A DNA stretch of 64,000 nt from Anthoceros angustus (taxonomy: Eukaryota; Plantae; Anthocerotophyta), in NCBI GenBank assembly GCA_010909165.1, contig VJWM01000135.1, positions 496,001 to 560,000 on the forward strand, written 5' to 3'. A model generated the notes under the pieces. That model was given only the letters and a program-made list of their open reading frames with translations, did not search any database and was not told where the DNA came from. The translations under genes were made by a program, and so were the position numbers. Of the stretch, positions 39,371 to 52,884 are shown piece by piece (positions within the stretch are counted from its first letter, which is position 1; every line of letters starts with the position of its first letter).

Positions 39371-39453
39371 ACATAGGATCTGATGGCCTGGACAAGGCAT
39401 GAAGGTTTTCTAGAGTGGCTTGGATGCCTTGTTCAGGCCATCAGATGCTATGT
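39371..39453. repeat. Near-perfect hairpin (miRNA-precursor-like or MITE-like)
   Basis: ATCTGATGGCCTGGACAAGGCAT pairs with ATGCCTTGTTCAGGCCATCAGAT (22/23) around a 23 nt loop. The stem extends by ACATAG/CTATGT. Confidence 0.85.
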
Positions 39454-39480
39454 GATGAAGGGAAATGACGAGAAATGAGT

Positions 39481-39575
39481 CTAAGTACCGATCCAAGCGT
39501 AGGATGCTTAATAAGCACATTCTTATAAATGTGTGTCCATTTGGCCTAAGCCATTTGGACACACAAAGCTTCTAG
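39481..39575 (+). mobile_element. Helitron-like 3' end, copy 2
   Basis: Hairpin TGTGTGTCCA..TGGACACACA followed 6 nt later by CTAG|T. Confidence 0.6.
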
Positions 39576-39974
39576 TACTATCCGAATACATGGTCACTTC
39601 CGCCCACTTCTTAAGTTCTTCAGACTTTCTTGTAATAGTTCTTTATCGTGACAAATGTGAATATGAATCAGAGTAGTCAATGAAACTGAATATGAATATG
39701 AATAAGACTACTATGGAATACCATTATTCTCATCACCGGCCATCATGTGTGTGACATGTTTTTTTTGGCTGTACTATACTCAAATATTCCATGTCATCTT
39801 GAACATTCCTTCGTATAATACATGTATAATTTGCACCACATCAGGGTAGGGTCATACGAGGGCAAAAGACTTTCCATCACACACTTTTGACCTGGTGTTC
39901 CCATTGGATCATGGAGAAGTTTTGTTCTTTGGAATTTTAGGGTTACGATCACCACACATACATGTTTACACACG

Positions 39975-40312
39975 GCAGTGCACACACACACATTTTATTT
40001 CGGCAAATTTAGCCCGCGTGCAGGCAGTGCACACATATAGAGATTATTTCAGCAAGTTTAGCCCGTGTGCACTACGTGCACACATACACAGTTTATTTTG
40101 GCAAGTTTAGCCCGCGTGCAGGCTTCGCTCTCTTATCTTCGAAGGGTTCGCTCTTGCGTGCAGGCTTCACTCTCGCATGAAGGCTTCGCTCTCGCATGCA
40201 TGCAGGCTTCACTCTCGTGTGCATGCAGGCTTTGCTCTCGCGTGCATGCAGGCTTTGCTCTCGCGTGCATGCAGGCTTCGCTCTCACATGCATGCAAGCT
40301 TCTCTCTCGCGT
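39975..40312. repeat. Minisatellite
   Basis: Three GCAA(A/G)TTTAGCCCG units, then multiple GCATGCAGGCTT(C/T)GCTCTCGC units. Confidence 0.85.
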
Positions 40313-41343
40313 GACAGTGGCTACAACATGCACCTAAGGCTTGTGCATCGTGCAGCATAAGAGGCTCAGCCTAGGCACGGGTTTAGACCTTCCCCGTGTT
40401 ACCTTCATTAGACTGAGACTACGAATACCAGAGTGAGAGCAAGTATGAGCCCTGACTCTGTAATCAACGGCTGAAGGTTATCTATGCGCTAGCACATAAC
40501 AAGACCTACATGGCTGGCACATGCTCTCAGCATTGGCACATGACGAGGCCATACTGGTGCCATTGGACCATATAAGCAGTCTGTAGAAGTCACGCTTCCA
40601 CACCTTCCAGCAACCACCCTAGAGGATGGACAGACATCTTTTGTTTTGTGTCTACGATAGGCTCAGGCTCCCTGGTGCGAGTTATTTTAGCGTGAGATTA
40701 CCATTTCTTAAAGTGAGTAAAGAAGCTCTTTGAGGTCCTCTCTTAAAGGAGTGACATCCAGACTTGGGTTCATTGAACTCCATAGTCAATAACAAAAGCT
40801 GATAAACTGCTGCCAGTTGTTAGTGCCCGAGGTTACTCCCGATTAAATTGCCCCCCTAGTGCCCTACGGGGTTGCTCCGAATTAAACTCCCAGCGTGGGA
40901 CTTCCTTGTATACTTTGAAATATCTATATAAAGTCTATAAATTCTCTAAAAAGAGAAGCCCTTTCCGACCAACGGAGACTTTATGTAAACTGTAAAAAGA
41001 TTAGGGAACCAACTGCCCGATTTAAAAAAGTGGTCAATCAAATGGAATTCCAACTCGACTATTGGCGCCTTTTCCAACCTGCCACGTGCTAGGAGGCACA
41101 TGTGAGACGTCACACACCCATTGCGGTTGGGCGATTTCCTCCTACTTCGGTATTCCCCAAGCCCGTGCTGACAACGGGGTGTCGCCCGTTCCGTTAGGAA
41201 CTTAAGAACAGAGTTACAAAATGTCGCAGGTTGAGGAAATATCTGTGCTACATAGATAGATACTTGCTTCTTCACCAGTGTTATCGGCGATGTCAGTGTG
41301 GAGGCTGGGCTGATCCCTGGTCCCCATCTTTCAGCAAGTAGCG

Positions 41344-42377
41344 ATGGATTGCGGAGCCGTGTGCAGGGTTAGCGCGGCGCATCTCCCCGGCTCGCACGGC
41401 GGAGATGGATGGAGCACTGTTGCCTCCTCTGCTGTCGCAGCTGTTGCTTCTCCACGGAGTTGTCTGCCGCAGCCTGTTTCCCTGGTCTCTGGAGGCCGAG
41501 CGATGGCCGTCTCCGGGCGCGGAGTGAGGGCCTCGTTGGTTCCGAGGCCGGGCTCCTCAGGTGCGGACCGGGGCATTGCGAATCCGGGCTTGGGATGTGG
41601 TTTCACCGCCCCCAGGGACCGTTCTGTCAAGGTGCGTGGCAAGGGGGAATGGGAATGTGCGTGTAGAGGCGAGGTCAGTCCAAAGATGGCTGCTTAGGGT
41701 TTGGACGAGTTTTTCTGCTGATGCTCGGAAGTGATCATCTGCCGCAGGTCTCTGCAGCGAAGCAGACGTTTAAGTCCTTTGATGACATGTTATCCAATTC
41801 GGATCTTCCAATCTTGGTGGATTTCTACGCTACTTGGTAGGTGTCGGCTGTGGTTTTCCCTAAGTGAAAAATTTGGATGGAGGTGGTGTGTTTTGGCGGC
41901 CTTCACTGACAGTCCGCGCAGGTGTGGTCCGTGTCAATACATGGTTCCTGTTTTGAATGAAGTTGGCAAAGCCTTGAAGGACGAACTTCGCATTGTATGC
42001 TCTCTTTCCAAAGCCTGGTGAAATGTGAGCAAGGGTGTGTGGCGTTTGCTGTACAGTAGTCGAAACTGAGGTGATTTTCTCGCTGTCAACAGGTGAAGAT
42101 TGATACGGAGAAATATCCTCAAGTGGCCAGTCGATATGGAGTGCAAGCATTGCCGACATTCATTATTTTCCGGGATGGACAACCAATCGATCGCCTGGTT
42201 TGCAGCTGTCCTTGGTGGATCCATCTGCTTTCAGTTCATTTTTCCATATTGGTGGGCTCCTCATGGGGTAGTGGTGCACTGCAACGTCTTTTACAGGAAG
42301 GAGCTCTACCGGCGGATAAACTGATCAACCACGTCAAGAACGTCCTCTTTGGTTCCAGGGCCAAGGCAAGGAACTAA
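41344..42377 (+). CDS. TRXy: Plastid thioredoxin y, 5 exons
   Basis: Transit-peptide-like exon 1, then KQTFKSFDD..LVDFYATW|CGPCQYMVPVLNEV..|VKIDTEKYP..ALPTFIIF..|EGAL. Confidence 0.93.
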
Positions 42378-42667
42378 ACCTGGAACGCACTCTCACTCCA
42401 GCACTTCGGAGATGTGTATTTTTTACTCCACTGTACTGTAAGATTCCTGCGTGCCGCCCCAGGGTACCGAGTAGTGTAAAGCCGTGGTGTGGAAGCAAGA
42501 TTTTCTGATAGACATAGGACGATGACAGTCTTGTAGAGTACCAGTAGTTGCCTTATGTTTCCTACTTGCCAGTAGTTGCCTCATATTTCCTACTTAGTGA
42601 ATTGAAGATGCACCTCTCGCGGTCCCCAAGGTGAGGCCACCATGAAGTCGATGACCACAGTTACTGA

Positions 42668-44184
42668 TTACAGTTGTTGATGCTCTCCTCGCGTACAAAT
42701 TGCCTGCATATGGAGGCACTTCATATCAGTTCCAACAACACGTGGATAATGACTCATGTCAACAACAATACTTCATGTCAGTCGTTGCTTACTCACCTCC
42801 AGAGTTCCCGTGCTTGTATACTCACATCTCGAGGCAAAGGCTTTGCTCTGCCGTAAAAGACATCCGGCTTCTATGGAAAAACCCCCGTTTTTAGAGGGCC
42901 TAACCTGCGACCAAAGACCCTTAGGCAGGGTAACGAGGCCGTCGAGGTTTCTGCTGATCTCCTCGAGATGGCCAGCTTGTAGCTTCTTCACCGTGGCAGT
43001 GCCGTGCTGCAACAAGCGGAAATACGTCAGTTCGATCCCTTCTGCCAAGGGAGAGACATGTGATGAGAAGCAAAAATTCACTGACAATTACCTGTAAGCC
43101 GGATGCCGAGTACGTCACTCCTGTCCACTTTCCCTCTAACGAAGAGGCCTCCAGTTTAGGAGAGACGGCAAACCCGGATCCATTGCTCCCGCAACCTCCC
43201 AGAGACTCGCCATTCCTGAAAGGACCCTCCCACCGTTCTCTGTAGACGGTGATTTTTTTCAGGAGAGGGAGTTTCCAACTCCCGCCATGGGATGTCCAAC
43301 CAACAAATTGTTGCAAGATTCTCACACGAGATCTCTCCGTTTCTTCCTCCACAAAACAGTGCTCCACCTCAAACGCATCCTCCACGTCCCTCTTTCGCAC
43401 TACAACCTTGGCGGCGCAGCCAATACCAGCAGTCAAGACCGACGTTCCTGGCCATACTGCAGTGTAAGAGCCATCCCTGTGGAAAGCAAGCACGACCGCT
43501 TCACTTCCCTCCAGGCTTCGTTTCTCTGTGCTGTACTGAGTGGCCGCATCAGCTTCACATCCGACTGTAGGAAGCAACCGAATGACCTTATACGAGAACT
43601 CCAGACGGCCTTCGCCGGAAACTCCAAGAGTAGGACACTGTGTTTGCCAGTCATGAATTTCCACTCCCCAGTCCTTGAAGGCTTCCGGTACCACAGACGA
43701 AGGCAGCTCCAAAGCTTCCCCGGTACCGGTGAACTCAGCTCCATAGCCATCCCACTCCCCGGAAACACGGTCCGAGAACTCACTCCACGCCTCGCGGATC
43801 TCCCCGGCTGTGGAAGTGTCTGTAAAGAGCGGCAAGATTCCCATTGCTCATGCAGACAAAACTCTCACACCGTCCGCGCCTATCAACCCTGACAAGCTTT
43901 ACGATCCCCAACCCCCTAGTCACTCCCTCAACAACACAGAGGGATCAAGAATCAGCACCTGCAAGTCCTTCCTCCACGGAAACTGCTGCCTTGTAAACCT
44001 GCGCAGGCACACAGCCTCCAGAAACCGCACTGTGAGCTCTCAAACCGCAGAATTCCATCCTCGGCAAGGCAGCTGCGGACCGGAACCTGACCGCATCATC
44101 AGAACGCAGAGGCAACACTCTTCTCTTCAGCTGCAAGCCGAGACATGACGCATCCAGACCGTAGGACACGCCGGCCATCGCCAT
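42668..44184 (-). CDS. Conserved plastid-targeted protein of unknown function (At4g38225-like), 4 exons
   Basis: VSGEWDGYGAEF..LELPSSVVPEAFKDWGVEIHDWQTQCPTL..RLLPTVGCEADAA..ERWEGPFRNGESLGGC, with a consistent GT-AG exon chain. Confidence 0.8.
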
Positions 44185-45647
44185 GACGAGGATGAAGTTC
44201 TCGACCAGAAGGATGCAATTGGTTTCAGTCGTCTCCTTCGGATCAAAATTTGTTTGCTCCGCCATTGGCCGTAAATTGATAAACGTATTGTAACCGGCTC
44301 CTCGACTCTTGTCCTTACATGCTTACATGATTCCTTGCCCGAACGCAGATGCTGCATTCGCACGTCCTGGAGTCCTGCCATTCGCGAACATCGGGCAGGC
44401 ACGATGAGGCTTTGGAATACGGCGGCTATGGAATCGGGAAGGTCCTGGACGGTCCGCCTCATTCCTCTGCACAACTTGAAGCGTGAGGAGAGCCGGGCGA
44501 TGCCGGGCGGCGCTTTTGGACGCCTTGCAGTCCAACCAAGTCTTGTGCGGGGTTGGATTTCAAGCCTTCCAAGAGCGCCCTGCTGCATCGCTCGCACCTG
44601 TTTGTTCACCAGGGGATCACGCAACCGAAGCACACGGTGTCAGTGTCGCCTTCACCTTTGTTTCAGCTGGCCTGTCCTCAAGGGCTCTGCCCTAGTGAAG
44701 ATGCTGCCTTTCCACATCCTAACCCTGTTCCTGTGCTGCTGGAAGGCTCGGCGGCTGTATTGTGATACTAATCTGCCCTCGGCTCGGTATGTTGGCAGCT
44801 TTGCATGTGAACAAAGATTGAAGAACATGCTGCTGTGATTCAGGCCACCAGTGTGGTAACCATGTCTGCAAGGACCGTAAAGCATGGTGGATCTCGTATG
44901 ACATCACGCAGGACATGTGTTCATGGCAAGCATACACGCCCATGGCCAGATGTGTGAGGAGGCTGTGAAACGAAGGTGAGGAGGACAGTGATCAAGGCAG
45001 AACACTTGCTTGCCAAGCAAAGATCCGTGGGAGACTAGCAAAGATCCGTGGGAGACTGTACAATGTAAGTAAATGATTCCTTGTCCTGTAAAAAGGGAAA
45101 CACAGAATAGCGGATTTCTTGGGCTCCACAAGGGCGGACGATGTGTTACCAGACATGGCTGCCTTGCTTGTTTGCATTTCAGGGAAGATGGCTTGTCCCC
45201 TGTCAGCGTAGTAGACTGTGTATGTGCACCTCTACAACACGCATTGCCGGTGGCAGCTCCATTTACGTAATTGTATGGTTTTGTATTATTGTATAGTTTT
45301 GTGCACGAGTTAACGGTAAGTACAGAAGCAACGAGTTGTCCGCCAGTCTAGATACTTCCCGGCCTGGTTGGATACGCCTTGCGCTGTAAAACAGTGCGCA
45401 TGTGCTTTTCGCAGCTGGCATGCAATGTGATGTAGAAAAGGGAAGAGCTGCGGATCGCCATGGCAGATGCAGGATGCAGCGGGGCCGTGATGGTGACTGT
45501 GGCATCACCGCTGTTGCCATGGCCATCTCCTCGGTCGGTTTCTTCCACCGATCCTGACGCGTGGATGCGGATGGCAAGGGCGCATTTCTTGGCAGGGTTG
45601 ATCGGATCCGGATGCGCAGGGGAGTGTCAAGGCGCACGAGCAGGAGC

Positions 45648-47470
45648 ATGGCGGGAAGCAGCGGCAGGGGCGGGGCCAGGGCGAAGCCTGAGCTTACCGT
45701 GAATTTGGTAGTGGGAACGCTGCTGGTGATCTTTGCGGTCTCGCTGCTGTGGACCTTCCGGTCCGCAGGCAGGACAGTGAGGACGCGTCAAGGTTACCTG
45801 GATGCGGCATCGCATGCGCAGCCGAAGCAGGAGCAATCGGGAGAATGCCAGTCCACAGATCCGCCGGTCTGGCAGTTCAATGAAACAAGGCAGGAGTACC
45901 CCCCGAAGCCGGCTGCGGTGGCGGCCCGGGAGGCAACGGAGCGGGAGGAGCTGCGGGAGGCCCTGCAGTCCAGCTGCCCCGGCCAGGCCATCCCCTTCAT
46001 GGTGGTGACCGGGGAGCGGCCCGGCGGGTGCAAGACGCAGAAAGGATGCCAAATCGTCATGCGCTCCTACAAGAACAAGGTGGATTACTGCAACCTGCAC
46101 GGATGCAAGGTCTGGTTCTGCCTTGAGACGTGGGAGGAGTCGCTACAGGGCACCTGGGCCAGGTACCCGCTCCTCCGCAGTCTCATGGACGCCTACCCCC
46201 GCATCCCTTGGTTCATGTGGATGGACGCGGACGCCGTCTTCACCGACCTGTCTTTCGTCCCGCCGTTTGCCGAGTATGATCGGCTGGGAAAGAACTTCGT
46301 CCTCAGCGGATCCGAGGAAAAGGTGAGCTCCCATTGCCTTGATTTTTCTTGCTGCCTTAGATCCTTGTCGCGTGGTTCTCCTTACTTGTTGCCTTGATTT
46401 TCCTTGTTATCTTGACCATCCAAACTGCCTTGATTCTCCTTCGGTACTTTGATGAATACTTGCCTTGTTTCTTCTTGGTTGTTGCCTTGATTTGCCTTTG
46501 CTGCATTGAGGAATCTTTTGCTGCGCTGATGAATCCTTTGGTGCTCTGCTAAATTCTTTGGTGCTTTGCTGAATTCTTTGGTGCTTTGCTGAATTCCTTG
46601 GTGCTTTGCTGAATTCCTTGGTGCTTTGCTGAATTCCTTGGTGCTGTGCTGAGTTCCTTGGTGCTTTGCTGAATCCATTGGTGCTTTGATGAATTTGATG
46701 AATCCTTCGGTGCTTTCATGAGTCCTTTGGTGTTTTAATGAAATCTGGTGTTTTGATGAAATCTGGTGCTTTGATGAATCCCTTGGTGCTTTAATAAATC
46801 GAAATTTGGTGTTGAACGAATTGTGTGGTGTCTTCGATTTTTTTGGTGCCTTGAGCGCCCTGAATCGTGTGGGGCCTGGAAACTTGATGCACAACTCACT
46901 CACCGGCCTCTGGTGCAGGTGTACGGAGATGACCCGGACTGGACGGGGCTGAACGCGGGCATCTTCCTCATCAGGAACTGCGACTGGTCCAAGGCGTTTC
47001 TGGACAAGTGGATGGCGATGGGAAACCCCGCGGAACAGGAGCAGGTGAAGAAGATGCTAAACAAGGAGATCCCCAACCGGCCCCAGCACTGGGCGGGCGA
47101 CGACCAGAGCTCGCTGGTGTATCTGCTGCGGCATCACAGGCGGGAATCGGAGGCGGATGACGCCGCGACGCTTCTGGAGCAGCGCTACTCTCTGCACGGC
47201 TACTGGATGTACATCGTGTCGGAGTTCGAGCAATGGCAGGCCACCGGAGGGTCCGGCGGGACCGCCGATCCCCGCTGGCCTTTCATCACGCATTTCGTCG
47301 GATGCAAGCTCTGTTCGGGCTTCTACGCCAGCTCGCCGGTGGAGGAATGTTTCTACAACTTCGACCGCGCCTACACCTTCGCTGACAACCAGCTTCTGGC
47401 TATGGCCAACCTGCGGCATGTCCGGCTAGCGGACCAGCATGTCCGCCCTCTCGATGATCTTAACAACTAG
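45648..47470 (+). CDS. GT34 glycosyltransferase (xyloglucan xylosyltransferase / galactomannan galactosyltransferase family), 2 exons
   Basis: N-terminal TM segment, RSYKNKVDYC.LHG, WFMWMDADAVFTD (DxD), GLNAGIFLIRNC.WS, DDQSSLVYLL, WPFITHFVGCK, RAYTFADNQLL. Intron 46323-46918. The start could instead be the ATG at 45612. Confidence 0.93.
46520..46810. repeat. 20 bp minisatellite inside the GT34 intron
   Basis: Repeated GAATTC(C/T)TTGGTGCTTTGCT, degenerating towards both edges. Confidence 0.92.
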
Positions 47471-47695
47471 CTTCCCAGTATGTAAGTTAAACTCAATGCT
47501 TGTAACTAGATACCTAGGTTGATAATTATGTCTCGCGATTTAGCGTGTTCTCTTACATTATTCCTCATTTTCGATGCCTCGGAGCCGCGCATTCGCGGGT
47601 TTGAGGGGTTTTCAGACGAACATGGCCAGATTTTGTGCAAAACGTATATACATACATAAATGTTACTGCTCGTTCGGTAACATCTGCTGCCAGCG

Positions 47696-48580
47696 ATGGC
47701 CGTGGCCGCACGGTTTGGCGTGGCCCCGCTGCGCCGCTGCTGCTGGCGGTCGCAGGAGGCCACGCTGTGGTGGCGCGCGGGCGTCGAGGAGACGGCGGCT
47801 AGGAAAGCGGCGGAGCAAAAGAGCAAGAACAAAGTGCGGGAAGTGGCGGAGCGGATGCGCCTGGCGCAGCAGTACGTGCAACACAAGTGCTTGCCTCAGG
47901 ATTTGCGAGGCCGCGCACAATTCGTCAGGTGAGGTGGCAGGGATGGATGCCGCGTCGTGCAACCACGGCTTGAATGGGAAGGCAAGGCAATTACATGGTT
48001 ATTGGCAGGACGGAGGCGGATCTGGCCAACGTCGTGGAGCAACGCATACTTGAGTCCATGGGGGAAGGGGAGTTTGAGAATCTGCCGGGAAAGGGGAAGC
48101 CGCTCAATCTTGATCATAACCCTCACGGCGATCCCGATGAGGAGGTACTCAACAGGGTGTTGGCCAAGAACGGATTCGCGCCTAGGTGGGTGGAGCTGCA
48201 CAAGGAGATTCGATTCCAAATTCGTAAGTGGCGCCTCACGTTGCGGTTAGCCATGGAGAAGAGAGCCGAGAGTGAAAAGAGATGGATTGAGAGAAAGCAG
48301 TCCTTGGAGAGTGAACTCAAGGACATCAACCGACAGGTCGTTTCCTTTCTTGGGCCGGGTGGCCTCATCTTTCTGAACTTTTTTCAGGATGCAGAGCGGT
48401 CAAGAATCAAGACTTACGTTGCAAGTTTTGCAGGTCTTGGACTACAATCTGATGGCGCCCTTCGGGCGGCAGACCTTCAGCTACAATTTCCAAAGGGAGG
48501 TTGATAATGTGGCGAAGGAACACTTAGCTCCAGCGGAAGTAGAGGACGATGAAGTTCTTCTTGTCCGCTGTCACTTGTGA
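47696..48580 (+). CDS. DUF1992 (DNAJC28 conserved domain) protein, 3 exons
   Basis: VVEQRILESMGEGEFENLPGKGKPL..NRVLAKNGFAPRWVELHKEIR..IN.QV.DYNL.APFGRQ. Confidence 0.88.
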
Positions 48581-49470
48581 TCGGTCTTCAATTGTAAACA
48601 TAACTCGTAAGCACCAGAAACACAGTAACAAAATGGTCGAAGGGAACCTTCTGCGTCACCCAGGTGCAGGACCGCCATTGACAGAAATGAAGGTGATATC
48701 CCCTAGTCTCTCGCCTTCGACAACCTGCACGAATCATGTATCAGCATTCATGGAGGTCAGCAAACCACCAGGATTCTGAAGGGCAGGCCGCCGCCATTTG
48801 GGTGTCGCACATACCACGAAAACACCACGTTTTGGAATTCGCTACACCAGGTAACAGTACCACAACTGCCTCTTTCTGTAGCATATTTGGAGTGGTTTTG
48901 CAACTGTGTCGCGAAAGCGGATAGGCCGATTACTGGAAAGGCCGGTATAGGATGAAACTGCCTGCTGCCTTGAGCGGCAGGCAAAGACTACTCGTCGCAG
49001 CATGAAGGAGATTCAGGATTTCCAACAACTCATGGACCTGGCCGTTCATCGGTCTCGATCATGCTCAAACCACGAGGAAACACTCACCACCTCACCTACA
49101 ATCACGAAAGACTGTTTGAGGTTAGGAGATCCTCATACTCACTCGAAGAACAAAGACTCCCTAGTCCAGAAACTCCATGACAGCAAGAACAAGAAATGAC
49201 TTGTCTACTTCCAGTAATCCACTAACCGAGCAAGGCCGCTGAATGTACAGGGTGTGACCTACGAGCCCCACACAGATTCGTCTGAGAGGTCAAACACTGT
49301 AAAAAAAATTGCAGACATGTCAGTACAAGGATAAGCAATTCCCAGAAAAGCAAATCGGCAACGGCGTTGGAGCTGAAATGCACAGATCACAATTTTCCTT
49401 CATCTGATTTAGATTTCACCTAAAAAAATCGGCCCTACTTGACCGCAATTCTGTTGCCGGCTAAGTACCT

Positions 49471-52381
49471 CTAAACTGAAAGATCATCTTCGTCGCTCAA
49501 ATGCCTGTTTGAAGCAGGCCGTCTGCTTCCAGTGGCAGTACGCTTCATCGGCGTCGTTTCTAGAAGAGGTGAACGCCCACGCTTGAGCCGCACAGTTTGG
49601 TCCACACTGGCCTCTCCTCGACCCTGCTTTCCAGAACATAAGTTACCAACCTTGTCTGGTTTTTGGCACAAAACATTAAACAGCAGTCAAAGGCAGAGAC
49701 GACTGACCTCCACAAAGTTCTTCTTTGTTGCAGCCCTCTGCTGCTCGTCTTCAGGGGTTGGTGGGACATACCGCACTGACACACTTGAAGGGATGGCAAA
49801 GTCATTTTCCACTTCTGTTCTGCCTTCCCTCGCCTTTTTCTTTTGAAGTTGCAACTTCGTGTGCAGAGGCTACAACACGCCAACCACCAGTATAAGTACA
49901 AGCGGGAATAAAAGACATTCTAGAATATAAATGCCACGCACTGACAGAACCTCTCGAGGGATAAAACTTACCACATATCGAACATCATCCTGCCCAAAGC
50001 AGAACACATAAGTATTTCGCGCATCTTCAGCACGGACCTGCATAGGACAGCATAAGGCATAGCAAAATGCATCAGGCCACGGAAACCCAACAACAGCAAA
50101 ATAGAAAACGGAATTGCCACCTTAAATCCGGTGACTTCTTGAGAGGGAAACTTACATCCCAATGGTACTCTCGAACCCACGTGTAGCCAATTTCCTCCTC
50201 CTCACTGTAAGGATCTTTGCCTAGCTGTAGAACAACCAAATTCAAGGGTTAACAAAGAAACAGAACACAGATACAATCTCAGCTGATGGGAAAACGGTCC
50301 GCAGCATACCTCCTCCACCCTTGGCACCATATATGCAACAAACTTCTCATCTGGACGAGATTCATCAATTGCAGGTAACGAGTAGCTCTTCACCACAGCC
50401 TGCAAGCACCTTGTAACCTGAGTTCAAGGGGATTCATTACAAAAACCAGTAATATGACTTTATGGTTACAAGCACTTACACGTTCTTCCAATTTATCTCG
50501 CACATCCTCTCCAAGCTTTGCAAAAAGCTCGGCATCTGCAGTAATTTCATTGTCGAACACCATATGCACAAACTGGTCTCCCCAGCTGAAACAAGCAAGC
50601 ATGTAACGCACCAACTGTCATGCTTAAAAAGTGAAGTAAGCCAGACAGAATGCAACAAAACACACATCCACATGCTCCATACCGTGAAAAGTCTGGTAAT
50701 AAAGGTAAAATTTCCACAGGCTTGAGCTCTGGCTTGGTTTGATGCACTGGCGACTGTTTTGCAATCTCAAATGACTCCTCAATGGCCTGGATTTGCTGCT
50801 CCCTGCCATCCCACAAGAAACAAAAGGTAAGCTTTTGCACCTCTGTTGACAGTTCCAAATTTCTAGTCAGGACAGTCCAGAAAGTGATGAAATACCTGTC
50901 ATTATGAGTTTCCAGAAATTCTTTTCTTCCCTCCTTCATTTCTCTTAGCTCCTTCGCTTGCTTTTCCGTTAATGGCTGGAAACGTACAGAAAGCAACAAG
51001 CACCCTGACTTAGATAGGAACATCCCCCGTTTGCAAGGAACTCAATACATACACCAATAGAGTACCTGTTTGGCAGGATCGAAGCTGATAGGAGAGATGT
51101 ACTGAGTCTTGACTAGCCATGCTACACCCTTGTCAGTAGGCCTATCCTTCTTTCTGAGGCTCATTGGCAGATCTTTTTTCAGTACTTCATCATCAAGAAG
51201 CAGCTCCGCATCAGCAGGATCTAGAGGTGGCCTCACTTTCGGAGCACTGCCGAGAACACTTAAGCCATCAGCAAAAGCACCCCAACGATTTAACGTTAAA
51301 AAGCTTATGTAAAACTTTGTGGGCTCATGATTCCCGCGAGAGCCATAAGACATACTTGTAGGCACTTATGTCCAGAAGATCCAAGGGAACTCCCAGGTCT
51401 GGGTCCACATGAAGTCTGTACTTGTGAGCCTTCTCTAAGCTGGTGATGGTATACTTGGTGTACCTGCACAACCGAGCTAGATGAAGTAAGAGAGATGCTT
51501 CACACACAACCGACCAGTCTGTGATTGCATCGAGAAATCAAGCATAAAAGCCAGGTACGTACTGATCCCTCGTGTTGCCCATTCTCAACAACTTGGGCTG
51601 CGACACCGGATCAGGTAGCTCGTTCCTGAACCTGCATGTAGTGCAAGCCAGGAATAAGCAATTGAGAAGCAGAAAGTGAAACTGCAAGGCCCGAAAAAGT
51701 CTCGATGGAGAGCAACCTCATTTTGCAAATAAATGTTGACGATCTCTTCAGGCGATTCTCCTGTGTCTTGTCATTCACCGCCTGTGCCCTTTTATCTGCA
51801 CGAGGATCCCGGGGGGGTCCGCTAGGCCCTGGCTTGCCTGGAGCTGCCTGACTTCCTCGCTGATGATTCTGCCCAGCTGCCAAAGCTTTTTCTCTTTGCC
51901 GCCTGTCCTCCACCTTCCTGGCCACATACTCCCTCTTCTTCCGCTCATGCCTCTCAGCCTCTGTCTCAGCCCGTCGACCATGCGCGCCGGCAGGCTGCTG
52001 AGCCTGCTGCTGGGCCGAGGGAGGCGGAGCCGAGGGGAGAGCCTGGGATGGCGGATGAAAAGCCGGAGGATGCTGACCAGGAGCATGAGCCGGCCGTTGC
52101 GGAGCTTGTGGCTGCGCAGGAGGCTGTGCTGCAGACCCTGGCGCCGAACCCCTTCCCACGGCCGGAGGCGGGGCATAATTCCCGTAGGGCGGAGCAGGAG
52201 CTGCAGACCCTGCTGCACCTCCGGCAGCGGGATAGGGAGGATAGCTCTGGTACCCGGAAGAATTATAGTAGTTCCCGGGTGGAGGAGGCTGAGGCGGCTG
52301 CTGAGGCTGAGACTGCCTGAAAGGAGGTGGCGGACCTGGTGGCCTCCCCGGGGCCGTGTTCTGATACAACGACGACGCCAT
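49471..52381 (-). CDS. PAF1: RNA polymerase II-associated factor 1 (PAF1/ELF7), ~12 coding exons
   Basis: Pro-rich N-terminus, TFICKMRFRNELPDP, YTKYTITSLEK, DLGVPLDLLD, VAWLVKTQYIS, IEESFE, PVEILPLLPDF, YTWVREYHWD. Confidence 0.93.
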
Positions 52382-52884
52382 AACACAATGCCACCCTCAC
52401 GTTCCACCACCAAGCAACCGGGCGCCGATCCCTGGCCTCAAATCATAAGCCTCAACCCCCTGCAAAAGCAGAGAAAACATCTCAGGCAGGGAAACAATTC
52501 GTTCAAAACCCCGCGAACTCCATGCTCCAGGGTTTTAAGCCATTGAACGGTCTCCACTAGGGTTCACAAACGAAAACCCCATGCCTGCAGCAAACAAGCA
52601 AACAGAACTGACCTCTAACGCGCGCGGCGAACACACAACACGGTAACGCATCAGCCGCAGTTGCGCAAAGCTCAGAGATGGCGCGCTGAATTAGGACAAC
52701 CGCTCCAGACGGCTCCTGCTGGGAACTAAGCAGGCTTCCATCTCAGGAACAAAAGCGTGCACGGAACATACAAGCTCCAAATCCGCGGCTCCTCCTCCCG
52801 CCACCCACGAGTCTCCGAGACTCGGCCGCAGCTGCCTGATTCTATACCCAAGACTAAAACTCTAACCTGCGCGCAGTTGCCAGA

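Noticed and set aside
44300-45550. ORFs between the At4g38225-like and GT34 genes
   Set aside because: No domain or consistent exon chain. Likely a divergent promoter or UTR region.
46382-46903. 173 aa minus-strand repetitive ORF
   Set aside because: Translation of the intronic minisatellite.
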